Positions 55,609 through 64,000 of a stretch of 64,000 bases of DNA are shown one piece after another (within the stretch, counting starts at the first letter, position 1; every line of letters begins with the position of its first letter). A model generated the notes under the pieces. The model had not been told where the DNA came from. It saw nothing but the letters and a program-made list of their open reading frames with translations, and searched no databases. The translations under genes and the position numbers were made by a program. The stretch comes from a virus. The stretch lies in the IMG/VR virus record IMGVR_UViG_3300035542_000215, one strand, 5' to 3'.

Positions 55609-55762
55609 TTTTTCCTCCTTTATGTTTTTAGCGTAAAATAACGCTCCTTTATTTACCTCAAAACTATACTATGCATTTATGTGCTTTTATATTCCATGTT
55701 TTTCAAAAAAAAGCATAAAAAAAAGAAAGCCTTGTAAATTTTCAAAGACTTTCTTTATTTTT

Positions 55763-56146
55763 TTAATTTTTCTTTTTTATAATTTTAACATTTTTCATAT
55801 AGCTTCTCAATGCTTTATTTACTATATCACTATATGACAATTTAGTTTTCTTTTTTAAATCATCTAAATCATTAGACACATCCATTTCAAAGTAAATAGT
55901 CCTTCTCTTTTTTTCTACTTCTTCTTCAACTTCTACAATGAAATCTTCTTTTACTGGATCTTCCGTGCTTTGATTTATAGGTTTTTCTTTATCTTTATTT
56001 TTTTTAGGGGTTATTGATTTGTTGTTATTTTTATTTTTTTTAAGGGGTGCTGATTTGTTGTTATTTTCACTTTCTTTTTTTCCCTCTTCTTCTTCTTCTA
56101 AGATGTCATCAGATATTGAAAAACCTCCTCCTATTTTAACACTCAT
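55763..56146 (-). CDS. Probable ribbon-helix-helix centromere-binding partner of ParA (type Ib)
   Basis: Disordered N-terminus plus RRTIYFEMDVSNDLDDLKKKTKLSYSDIVNKALRSY; overlaps the parA stop. Confidence 0.7.
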   Translation of the reverse strand: MSVKIGGGFSISDDILEEEEEGKKESENNNKSAPLKKNKNNNKSITPKKNKDKEKPINQSTEDPVKEDFIVEVEEEVEKKRRTIYFEMDVSNDLDDLKKKTKLSYSDIVNKALRSYMKNVKIIKKKN

Positions 56147-56915
56147 AACTTAACACCTCTTTTGCCAAATTTGTATAATCTTCGAAAGCTTTGCAAGTAT
56201 ATCTTAAGCTATCATTATATTCTTTTAAACTCATTTGAGTTTCCTGTACTTTTTCTATATCAGTATTTGTTCTAATAGATGTTTTAAATACATTGTTTTT
56301 AAGTTTATCAACTATCATTTTTTCATAAGTGTTTGACACAGTTTTTCTTGCATCTACATTGTTGATTAGAACCTTATATTTAAGTTTAAAGCCAGTTTTA
56401 TTCCTAATGGCCTTCATGGTCCCTAATATATCCATAAGCCCTTTAACGGCATATCTGCTTGGTAAAACAGGTATGATAGTCAGATCACTGGATAAAACTG
56501 CACTTATTGACATCGAACCAAAGTTAGGAGGGGTATCTACCACTATATAGTCATACTCTTTTTTCAGACCTATTATTAAATCTTCAAACAACCCTTCTCC
56601 CCTTTCTTCAAATATATCTTCTATTTTTTTTAATATTTTTCTAGCAGGTATTAAATCAAGGTTTTTACCAATATTTTGCACACAATCTTTTATATTTGCC
56701 TTGCCTGTTGCTACGTGATACAAATTAAACCCATTTTCATTTCCTAAATTATCGGTTGCAGTCCTTTGTGGATCGAAATCTATTAGTAAAACTTTTTTCC
56801 TTTCTTCTGCTAAACTAAATGAAAGATGAATTGATACAGTTGTTTTTCCTACTCCACCTTTTTGATTAGCCAGCGTAATTACTCTTGCATTTTTAGTCTT
56901 GTTTTTATTTTTCAT
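56136..56915 (-). CDS. parA: ParA/Soj partition ATPase
   Basis: Deviant Walker A NQKGGVGKTT, IDFDPQ, VVDTPP. Confidence 0.95.
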   Translation of the reverse strand: MKNKNKTKNARVITLANQKGGVGKTTVSIHLSFSLAEERKKVLLIDFDPQRTATDNLGNENGFNLYHVATGKANIKDCVQNIGKNLDLIPARKILKKIEDIFEERGEGLFEDLIIGLKKEYDYIVVDTPPNFGSMSISAVLSSDLTIIPVLPSRYAVKGLMDILGTMKAIRNKTGFKLKYKVLINNVDARKTVSNTYEKMIVDKLKNNVFKTSIRTNTDIEKVQETQMSLKEYNDSLRYTCKAFEDYTNLAKEVLSYEC

Positions 56916-56934
56916 AAAAGCCCTCCAGTATACT

Positions 56935-57215
56935 TTGTTATTATCGTTTTTATTAACGTTTTTTTAATGTTAGCGTTAACGTTAGCGTTGTTGTTATATT
57001 TAATTTTATTGTTAGCCATATCGTTATCATTATATACAATTTTACTGTTACAGTTAACTTTAATGTTATTGCTAACCTTATTATTAATGTTAGCATTACA
57101 CTTCTAATTAACATTAATTTTAACTATACCATTATAATTAACATTGCTTTTAACTTGTTTGTTATGTTTTACATAACGTTAACGTTTATGTTTTAGTTAA
57201 AACTATCACTAACCT
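56935..57215. repeat. 6-bp-period degenerate array (ANNGTT/ANNNTT), probable centromere
   Basis: aatgtt agcgtt aacgtt agcgtt ... actgtt acagtt aacttt aatgtt ... continues in register for roughly 40 units directly upstream of parA; noncoding. Confidence 0.7.
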
Positions 57216-57329
57216 TTTATTACTTATATATTTTACGATAATGTTTTTATTTTTACAAGGAAATTATTTTTTACTAAAGACAAATAATTCCTTTAATGTA
57301 AAATTGTAAATAATTTGAGTTAGATAGGT

Positions 57330-58481
57330 ATGGCTCCTGTTCTGGGGATTGGTGGAACAACAGAGGCAAGGGCTGAAACAACTAATGATCTGCTAATTGA
57401 ATTTAACAAAACATATGGTGGGAGTTTATCTGATTACGCCAGATATATTATCCAAACTTCCGATGGTGGATACGCTGTTGCAGGTTATTTATTTTCTTCA
57501 GATGGAGATGTAACTAGTGGAAATAACGGTAGTGTAGACTTCTGGATTGTAAAATTATCCTTGCCAATTACATCTTTTAATGTGAGTTTTGATTCTAACG
57601 GTGGTTCTTTAGTCGAAAGCATAACTTTAGAAGAACCTAGCACTATAACAAGGCCAGTAGATCCAACTAAAACTGATTTTAATTTTAATGGATGGTATGA
57701 AGATTCAGTTTTAACAATACCTTTTGATTTTAGCCAAACAGTAAGCGAATCAATGACGCTTTATGCTAAATGGTCTGAAGTTGTAAAAGATCAATACACT
57801 GGTTCTGAAGACATAGCAGTAGATTATACAGAAGAAAAGACTGATATAGATAGAACAGTTACTGTTACTGCTACTCCAGTTGAGGGAACTGAAATAAGAA
57901 GTATTTCTTTATACATGGATGGAAATAGAGTAGCTAGAAATATTTATACTAACACTTTAACTGCTACTATTTCTAAAGAAGGAGATTATGAAGTAGTTGT
58001 AGCAAATTCTCAGTATGAATCAGGAACTTTAAGTGTTTATGATTTAACTGAGCCTGTTGTTGAAGAAGAAACTCCTCTTGAAGAAATTGTTAATGTAGTA
58101 AGTGACAGTATTGATTATACTGCTACTGATATGTTAAGAAGTATTAAACTTTTAGATTCTAATGGAAAGAGGGTTAAGAGCGTAATATTAACAAATACTT
58201 TTAACTATACTCCAAAAGAAGGTGGAGACTACACTTTAAAAACTACTACTTTAGATAGACAGGTAACTGAGCACAGCATAACTATTGCCGGGGAAGATGC
58301 ACCGGTTATAGATAATCCTAATCAAATAGTAGATGCCAACTTCACTTCTAATAGAGACGATTTTACTATAACAGTTAATGTTACTCCTTCTGATTTAGCA
58401 AGTACTAGAAGTATTGAACTATTTAAAGATGGTAGAAGAATTAAAAGAGCTATCTTTAGCGACACTTTAAGTGTTCAGTAA
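57330..58481 (+). CDS. Surface-protein fragment with an InlB B-repeat (Listeria-Bacteroides repeat) domain
   Basis: One KTYGGS..D...QTSDGGY...DFWIVKL repeat, then VSFDSNGGS...PTKTDFNFNGWY...LYAKW; no complete signal peptide. Confidence 0.65.
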   Translation: MAPVLGIGGTTEARAETTNDLLIEFNKTYGGSLSDYARYIIQTSDGGYAVAGYLFSSDGDVTSGNNGSVDFWIVKLSLPITSFNVSFDSNGGSLVESITLEEPSTITRPVDPTKTDFNFNGWYEDSVLTIPFDFSQTVSESMTLYAKWSEVVKDQYTGSEDIAVDYTEEKTDIDRTVTVTATPVEGTEIRSISLYMDGNRVARNIYTNTLTATISKEGDYEVVVANSQYESGTLSVYDLTEPVVEEETPLEEIVNVVSDSIDYTATDMLRSIKLLDSNGKRVKSVILTNTFNYTPKEGGDYTLKTTTLDRQVTEHSITIAGEDAPVIDNPNQIVDANFTSNRDDFTITVNVTPSDLASTRSIELFKDGRRIKRAIFSDTLSVQ

Positions 58482-59005
58482 AGTTAATAATAACTATATT
58501 AAGAGCTGAGTTTTTCGGCTCTTTTTTCATATATAAATAATAATCTCTTGTTTTTACAGTTGTTTTACCAAAAATTATTTTTTTGAAATATCTCTAAAAG
58601 CCTCATTATTACTTGATTACAGCTATTTTTTTGACCGTCCATATGCACCGGGTGCAACTATTACATTTTTGTAACATTAGTATTTTCCATATCTATATAT
58701 TTTCTCTGCAATTTATCCTGCTACTTATTTTTTCAATTATTTTATCGAACTTTTTTATATTTCTTCCAAATATTTTCTCAAAGTTTAAACAAACTTATAA
58801 TACTTTTCCTTCCAACTTTTTTTTAAATTATCACCAACTTTTTAAAAATAATATTTTGATAAACAGGTCAAAGCATTCTTTTTCCAATCTTATGTTGACT
58901 TTTATACATTTTAGCTGTAATATATAAATAAATTGATATGTTTTTTTATATATCTTTACTGTCCATTATAGCATAGGTAAAATAAATAGTATATGGAGGT
59001 TTTCT

Positions 59006-60019
59006 ATGGGAGAGTCAAAAGTTTTTTACAAAAGATTTAAACAGGCAAGAACTGATCTTGATTTAACTCAAAAAGAATTAGCAGATCGTGCTGGAGTAAC
59101 TGAAAATATTATAAAATATATTGAAACTGGAAGAGGCGGGACTTCTTTAGAAAATTTTAAATCTTTGGCCGTTAGTTTAAATGTTCCAGTAGAAGAAATA
59201 TACAGAGAAGAATATCGGGAAACCTTTGCAATGCCTATTTTAAACAGCAAGGGAGGTTGCTCTAAAACTACCATCTGTCAAAATTTATCCTATGAATTAA
59301 GCTCAAAGGGATTCAAGGTTTTAATGGTTGACTCTGACTTGCAGTGTAATTTATCCTATACTTATAATTTTGATTTTAGCAGTCCTTATAATTTATACAA
59401 TGCTATTGTGAAGTCAACAAACGAAGAGCCAGTTAATATTTTCGAATATATACAAAAAACCGAATATGAAAACTTGGATATAATAGGGAATGTTTTCGAT
59501 ATGGCTAACATAGATGATAAATTTTGGATTAAAAGCTTTAAAGAAGTTATTATGAAAAATATGTTTACTCCTTTAATTGAAGAAGGTTTGTATGATTTCA
59601 TTATTTTTGATTGTAATCCAAATTTAGGCATAACAAATATGAATATATTACTTTTTGCAGATACAATTATCATTCCTGTTGAATTAAGTTCCTTTGGAGT
59701 TATGGGAATGACTGTTTTAATGAAATTTATAGAAAAGTGTAAAAAATCTAATGCTAAACTTTCTGTACTAGGTCTTTTAAGAGCTAATGTAGATAAAAGA
59801 TATAGCATTAATAAAACAACATCAGGCCAACTGTCTTATCTATGTAAAGAATATGATGTTAAACTATTTAAAAATTATATTTCTACAGATAGTAATGTAG
59901 GTAAATCTCAAATGGAACAAGTTCCTTTAGGAAAATATATTAAAAAAAGTAGAGCTAAAGAAGATTTTGTTAGGTTTGCCAATGAGGTAGCAGAAAGGCT
60001 AGGTAAAATAAGTGAGTAA
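59006..60019 (+). CDS. parA: XRE-HTH/ParA fusion ATPase
   Basis: N-terminal FKQARTDLDLTQKELADRAGV...IETG (XRE HTH); NSKGGCSKTT, VDSDLQ, IFDCNP; promoter TTGACT-17-TAATAT near 58895. Confidence 0.88.
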   Translation: MGESKVFYKRFKQARTDLDLTQKELADRAGVTENIIKYIETGRGGTSLENFKSLAVSLNVPVEEIYREEYRETFAMPILNSKGGCSKTTICQNLSYELSSKGFKVLMVDSDLQCNLSYTYNFDFSSPYNLYNAIVKSTNEEPVNIFEYIQKTEYENLDIIGNVFDMANIDDKFWIKSFKEVIMKNMFTPLIEEGLYDFIIFDCNPNLGITNMNILLFADTIIIPVELSSFGVMGMTVLMKFIEKCKKSNAKLSVLGLLRANVDKRYSINKTTSGQLSYLCKEYDVKLFKNYISTDSNVGKSQMEQVPLGKYIKKSRAKEDFVRFANEVAERLGKISE

Positions 60020-61016
60020 AGAGAATAAAAAAACAAATCCTGATGGTGAACAGGAAGAATTATTTAAAGAAGAAGACTTAAATAACATTCCCATTCCAAA
60101 AGGTATGCAAGCTATTAGAGAATTTGCAAAAGACAAGACTTTTGATGAGGATAAAATTGAGTCAATACTTGATTCTTTAATTACAGATACAACAATAAAA
60201 TATATAGATGTAAATTTATTAGAAAAATCTCCAAAGGATTGGAACTTTTTTAAACCGTTAGATCCTAGCAAGTTTTTAATATTAAAAAAATCAATAAAAT
60301 CAGAAGGACTTTTACATCCTATACATGTTTGGAATTATAAAGATCGATTTATAATTTTATCTGGACACAATAGGGTAAAGGCTTTTAAAGAGCTATATGA
60401 AGAAACCAATAATGATGTATATAAAAAAATACCTGCAAAAATAAACAAAGTTGATGAATTAAATAAAGATAAGGCTAGAATGATAGTTGCAATAGGAAAT
60501 ACTCAAAGAGCTGTTACTCTTATTGAAGAATATGAAACTATTAAAAGATTTTTTGATTATAATAAAAATTACAGAGGTATTGATTCTTATCTGGAAAACT
60601 ACGCTGAAATAGAAAAAGCTACAGGAAAAAAATTAAGAACAATACAAAAAGCTATTAATTTAAATGCTTTAATTCCAGAACTATTAAATATGATAGGAAA
60701 TAAAAAACCTTCTATAAGCACAAAAACAGGTGAAATCCTATCAAAATTTAGCGAATCAGATCAAAAATTTTTATATGATGAATTTAGATATGATTTGTCT
60801 TATAATTTAGTAAGAAAAATATCTCCAGATATGAAGAGAGAAGAGATAAGAAATATCTTTAAAAAATATTTAAAAATAAAGAATATAAAAAAGAAAAAAC
60901 TATCATATACTGTTCCAGAAGAAATTGAAGAAAAAGTTAAAGAAAAATTTGAAGATATCATAAAAGAAGAAATATCAAAATGGGAAGAAGAACATGGTAT
61001 TAAATGGAAAATATAA
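60012..61016 (+). CDS. parB: ParB/Srx-family partition protein
   Basis: LKKSIKSEGLLHPIHV...ILSGHNRVKA; overlaps the parA stop. Confidence 0.85.
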   Translation: MSKENKKTNPDGEQEELFKEEDLNNIPIPKGMQAIREFAKDKTFDEDKIESILDSLITDTTIKYIDVNLLEKSPKDWNFFKPLDPSKFLILKKSIKSEGLLHPIHVWNYKDRFIILSGHNRVKAFKELYEETNNDVYKKIPAKINKVDELNKDKARMIVAIGNTQRAVTLIEEYETIKRFFDYNKNYRGIDSYLENYAEIEKATGKKLRTIQKAINLNALIPELLNMIGNKKPSISTKTGEILSKFSESDQKFLYDEFRYDLSYNLVRKISPDMKREEIRNIFKKYLKIKNIKKKKLSYTVPEEIEEKVKEKFEDIIKEEISKWEEEHGIKWKI

Positions 61017-61031
61017 TTTTTTAAAATATGA

Positions 61032-61060
61032 TTGAAAAATAATGACATTACCTATACTAT
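61032..61060 (+). promoter_or_regulatory. Probable sigmaA promoter for the long replication-gene leader
   Basis: TTGAAA-17-TACTAT about 590 bp upstream of ATG 61649. Confidence 0.55.
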
Positions 61061-61086
61061 ATATAATAGATGTAATTTAAATAAAT

Positions 61087-61206
61087 AAAAAAGGACCTTT
61101 TAGGCCCTATACAAGTTAATATTAATTTTGTTGGAAAAAATGATTCTTAATTTTAGCCCCGCCAAGAGTTAATAAATTAAGAATTAGCCGTTCCCTCTTT
61201 TTAATT
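61087..61206 (-). ncRNA. Antisense (countertranscript) RNA 1 in the rep leader
   Basis: TTGACT(61241)-17-TAAAAT(61218); AUUCUUAA/UUAAGAAU helix; terminator GGGCC/GGUCC plus U6. Confidence 0.65.
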
Positions 61207-61372
61207 AAGCTAATTTTAACATATACAAAAATAAGAGTCAATAAAAAAGGTTAAAAAATAAGTAAAAAAACCCTTTAAAGTAAAAAAATCTATAAAAAAA
61301 AGGAGGATAGATCTTTAAGCAGCAAACTGGGGTTTTATATAAATTATTTCTAAAATTAATTTTTTAGACATG

Positions 61373-61511
61373 AAAAAAGGAAGCTTGCAGGCTTCCTATA
61401 CAATTTAATATTTAGTTTAAAAGAAATTCTCATTCTTAAATTTTACAACTTTGACCGGTTCAAAATTTAAGAATCCAGGTTCTTTATCTTTAGTTTTGTC
61501 TATTTGACGTT
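61373..61511 (-). ncRNA. Antisense (countertranscript) RNA 2 in the rep leader, paralog of RNA 1
   Basis: TTGACA(61546)-17-TATTAT(61523); same AUUCUUAA/UUAAGAAU helix and AAUAUUAA.UUGUAUAGG segment; terminator GGAAGC/GCUUCC plus U6. Confidence 0.65.
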
Positions 61512-61648
61512 ATTAAAATAATATCATAGACAAAAAAAAGTGTCAATATTTTATGCAGAAAAAAATAAAAAAATCGGCATTTTTTAACAAATACAAAGAT
61601 AAAGGCGACCATTTTTAATTTTCTTTTAAACAAAAAAAAGAAATACAA

Positions 61649-63367
61649 ATGGAGGTTTTTATGAAAAAGAACATTTTAAGAGAAGAGAACAGAAAAAGAT
61701 ATATCAAAATAAGCAATGACTATTTGTATGATAAAAATTTAAGTTGGAGAAGTAAAGGTCTTAACTCATATATTTTATCTAAGCAAGACAACTGGGAAGT
61801 AGTTGTAAAACATATTATGAACAAGCATGAAAAAGGAGAGGTATATGTAAGAAGCTCAAGAGATGAACTTATTAAGTCAGGCTATTGGTTTTATAGGAGA
61901 TTAAGAAAAAAGACTGGAGAATGTGAAAAATCAGTTACCCTGGTTTATGATCAAAAGAGAGAAAAGGTAGAGGACGAATGCTTTAAGAAAAAAAAGAAAA
62001 TATATAGAACAATTGAAGATAAAAATTACACCTTCTTAACCTGTTATCATTTAGACGATAATAGGTTAAGTTTAGAAGCAAAAGGCATTCATTCATATAT
62101 TTTATCAAGACCTAATGAATGGGAAGTTAATGTTGACCACCTTGTAAAAATGGGAACGGAAGGAGAATCAGTTGTAAAAAAGGCTGTAAATGAGTTAATA
62201 AATTATGGATACATCCAAAGATATCGCATTTTTAGAAATGGTAGAGTGTCTAAATTTAAAAAAATTGCTTCGGAAAAACCTTTTAGTGAAGATGAAAGAA
62301 TTAAATCTATCATATATTCAGAAAATAAAAAGAAAATCAATTATGTTACAGGTCATGTAGTTATAGAAGCTATTAATAAAAAAGCAAACCAGAATAATAA
62401 GCCAACAAAAGAAATTGGTGAAAGTGAAATAAGCAACAGTAATATAAAACAAGACAAAGATAAGGCTCAATGTGAAAAACAACCATCTGTTGAACTTTTT
62501 AAAAATCAAGATGAAGTAAATCAAAAAGAAGAAAATAAAGAACAAATAAATCAAGAACTATCTAATACTATTTATTTAAATAATACAAAAAAGAATAATC
62601 TATCACTCTTAAAAGACGATAAGATAGATATAAATATATTTAAGAGTAAAGATGACATTAAAAAACAAATAGAATACTCTATACTAGTAGAAGAATACGG
62701 ACCGGAAATTTTAGATCCTCTAGTTAATGTTATATATAAAGTTTTAAACTGGCCTAAAGAATACATATCTATATCAAATGTTTTGTATCCATCTCAAGAA
62801 GTTAAGAATGTGTATGAATCATTAAACTCTATAAACGTAATAGATACAATCAATTCTGTTTTAAGTATAAAAACTGTAATTAAAAACTTAAGCTCTTATC
62901 TACAAACAACTTTATATAACAACTTTATAAACAACGATTTAGACATAAAAAACAAGTTTAATGCTACCAATGAAAATATTGATGATGCTTTATTTGATGA
63001 AAATGTAGAAGATGAAACTGAAGAATTCTATATACTATCAACTTACGAAGACTTTCTAAAAGAAATTAAAAACGGAGATTTTGATGATAAAAAAAATGAG
63101 GGCATGGAGGACAAAGAGCTGGAAGAGTTTGAAGACATAGGAGAAGTATCAATTAGAGAACTTTCAATAAGTGATTTTACTAATAATCTACCAAGAGATA
63201 AAAAATCTCTTTTACAGCAGCATATTAAGAAAATCTTGCTAAAAAAAGACAAGATACAAATAGAAGCAAAATCTTCTTTTAGCAAGACTGTATTAGAAAA
63301 GAGATACTTAGATTTAATATTTGAAGTTTTTAAAGATGAAGATTTAGAAATAGTTTTTACATGTTGA
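61649..63367 (+). CDS. Replication-initiator-like protein with two winged-HTH repeats and C-terminal DUF6017-like and DnaA-N-like regions
   Basis: Two copies of the phage replisome-organizer pattern (D..LS...KG..SYILS....WEV.V.H....E..V.....ELI..GY). C-terminal domain calls are from recall. Confidence 0.65.
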   Translation: MEVFMKKNILREENRKRYIKISNDYLYDKNLSWRSKGLNSYILSKQDNWEVVVKHIMNKHEKGEVYVRSSRDELIKSGYWFYRRLRKKTGECEKSVTLVYDQKREKVEDECFKKKKKIYRTIEDKNYTFLTCYHLDDNRLSLEAKGIHSYILSRPNEWEVNVDHLVKMGTEGESVVKKAVNELINYGYIQRYRIFRNGRVSKFKKIASEKPFSEDERIKSIIYSENKKKINYVTGHVVIEAINKKANQNNKPTKEIGESEISNSNIKQDKDKAQCEKQPSVELFKNQDEVNQKEENKEQINQELSNTIYLNNTKKNNLSLLKDDKIDINIFKSKDDIKKQIEYSILVEEYGPEILDPLVNVIYKVLNWPKEYISISNVLYPSQEVKNVYESLNSINVIDTINSVLSIKTVIKNLSSYLQTTLYNNFINNDLDIKNKFNATNENIDDALFDENVEDETEEFYILSTYEDFLKEIKNGDFDDKKNEGMEDKELEEFEDIGEVSIRELSISDFTNNLPRDKKSLLQQHIKKILLKKDKIQIEAKSSFSKTVLEKRYLDLIFEVFKDEDLEIVFTC

Positions 63368-63585
63368 CTTTATATAAAGGTTGACATGTATAAAAAAATA
63401 AAATAACATTCAATTGTACTTTTAATTAATAAGCTAAGGATTATTTATTGCAGTTTCTGAATAAAGATTAATCATTATGCCAAATAATATGTTTAAGGAA
63501 TAAAATGGCTTAAAATCTAAATATGAGCGACTGGGAAATAATAAATTTTATGAAAAACAAAAAGCAATAATCCAGGAGGAAATAT

Positions 63586-64000
63586 ATGAAACAAAGCAAA
63601 AAGAAAGATAACTGCGAACTAGTAGTTAAATCTAACAATTTAATAGAGGCAAAATACAATCTAACTCTAAATGAGCAAAAAATATTAATGCATTCAGTCT
63701 CTAAGATAGATAGAAATAAAGAAAAATTCAATCTAGTACAAACAGAAGTACGGGATTTTGCAAGGCTAATAGGGACTACAACAGATAGGTACGTTGAATT
63801 TAGAGAGCTAGTAAAAAGTTTGAGATCTAAAGAGCTTATTTTTATAAATGAAGAAGGAAAAGAAATTATAACTGGATGGCTTTCGTCTATATCCTATGAA
63901 GGAGATGGAGTAATTGAGTTGGAATTTTCTGAAAAACTAGCTCCAGAATTATTAAAGTTAAGAGAAAAATTCACAAAATACCAATTGCAAAATATTTTAT
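63586..64000 (+). CDS. repB: Rep_3-family plasmid replication initiator (truncated by the window end; not in the ORF track)
   Basis: SD AGGAGG; MKQSKKKDNCELVVKSNNLIEAKYNLTLNEQKIL...WLSSISY...IELEFSEKLAPELLKLREKFTKYQLQNIL. Confidence 0.9.
   Translation, partial: MKQSKKKDNCELVVKSNNLIEAKYNLTLNEQKILMHSVSKIDRNKEKFNLVQTEVRDFARLIGTTTDRYVEFRELVKSLRSKELIFINEEGKEIITGWLSSISYEGDGVIELEFSEKLAPELLKLREKFTKYQLQNIL

Larger units (their letters stand above)
215..55695. promoter_or_regulatory. Dispersed family of 35 copies of one promoter motif, GGAATA-N14/15-GCATA(T/G)(A/T)AT
   Basis: Read directly. Plus strand starts: 215, 20373, 22318, 22741, 23666, 24931, 26857, 29498, 29864, 32834, 34123, 35762, 37088, 40339, 50592. 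Minus strand (lower coordinate): 2919, 3024, 4766, 6679, 7388, 10742, 12462, 13428, 16043, 17685, 18054, 18809, 20092, 42548, 46830, 47543, 49436, 50519, 52405, 55666. Nearly always just after a terminator hairpin and oriented toward the first gene of a cassette. Confidence 0.9.

Noticed and set aside
63361-63585. Iteron array before the Rep_3 gene
   Set aside because: Only a short palindrome and two GTTGAC hexamers were seen; no clear ~20-bp direct repeats.
772-63731. Many opposite-strand ORFs in the track (e.g. 772-993, 10783-11061, 45652-45915, 53703-54059, 56862-57107, 58613-58927)
   Set aside because: They are shadows of K/E-rich real genes or of repeats, are F/L/I/S-rich and have no SD.
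1-64000. CRISPR array
   Set aside because: No run of equal repeats with unique, evenly sized spacers; the dispersed repeats are promoters, leaders and IS ends.

Overview
Very AT-rich 64-kb segment of a large extrachromosomal element (megaplasmid or phage-plasmid) of a low-GC Firmicute. It carries DNA and nucleotide metabolism genes (thyX, NAD-dependent ligase, class II ribonucleotide reductase, DEDDh exonuclease), two type II TA modules, an intact IscB/omegaRNA element with several miniature IS200/IS605-type derivatives, a tmRNA gene, two partition systems and two replication initiators. No virion genes, rRNA operon or CRISPR array are visible. From 0.2 to 55.7 kb, about 100 mostly hypothetical genes lie in cassettes opened by one shared promoter (GGAATA-N14/15-GCATAtaAT, 35 copies counted, CATA-type -10 resembling sporulation sigma promoters). 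About 27 of these cassettes share a 5' leader: AAGGAG, a hairpin with covarying stem, an A-rich spacer, then the true SD. Two copies of a ~125-nt sigmaA-driven small RNA (7.6 kb and 11.0 kb) carry complements of both leader boxes in the correct antiparallel order, with the anti-SD in a hairpin loop. This suggests a single trans-acting antisense RNA controls the whole regulon (inference, untested). The tmRNA has a one-codon tag (GCA-TAG). All family assignments come from recognising motifs by eye, not from database searches.
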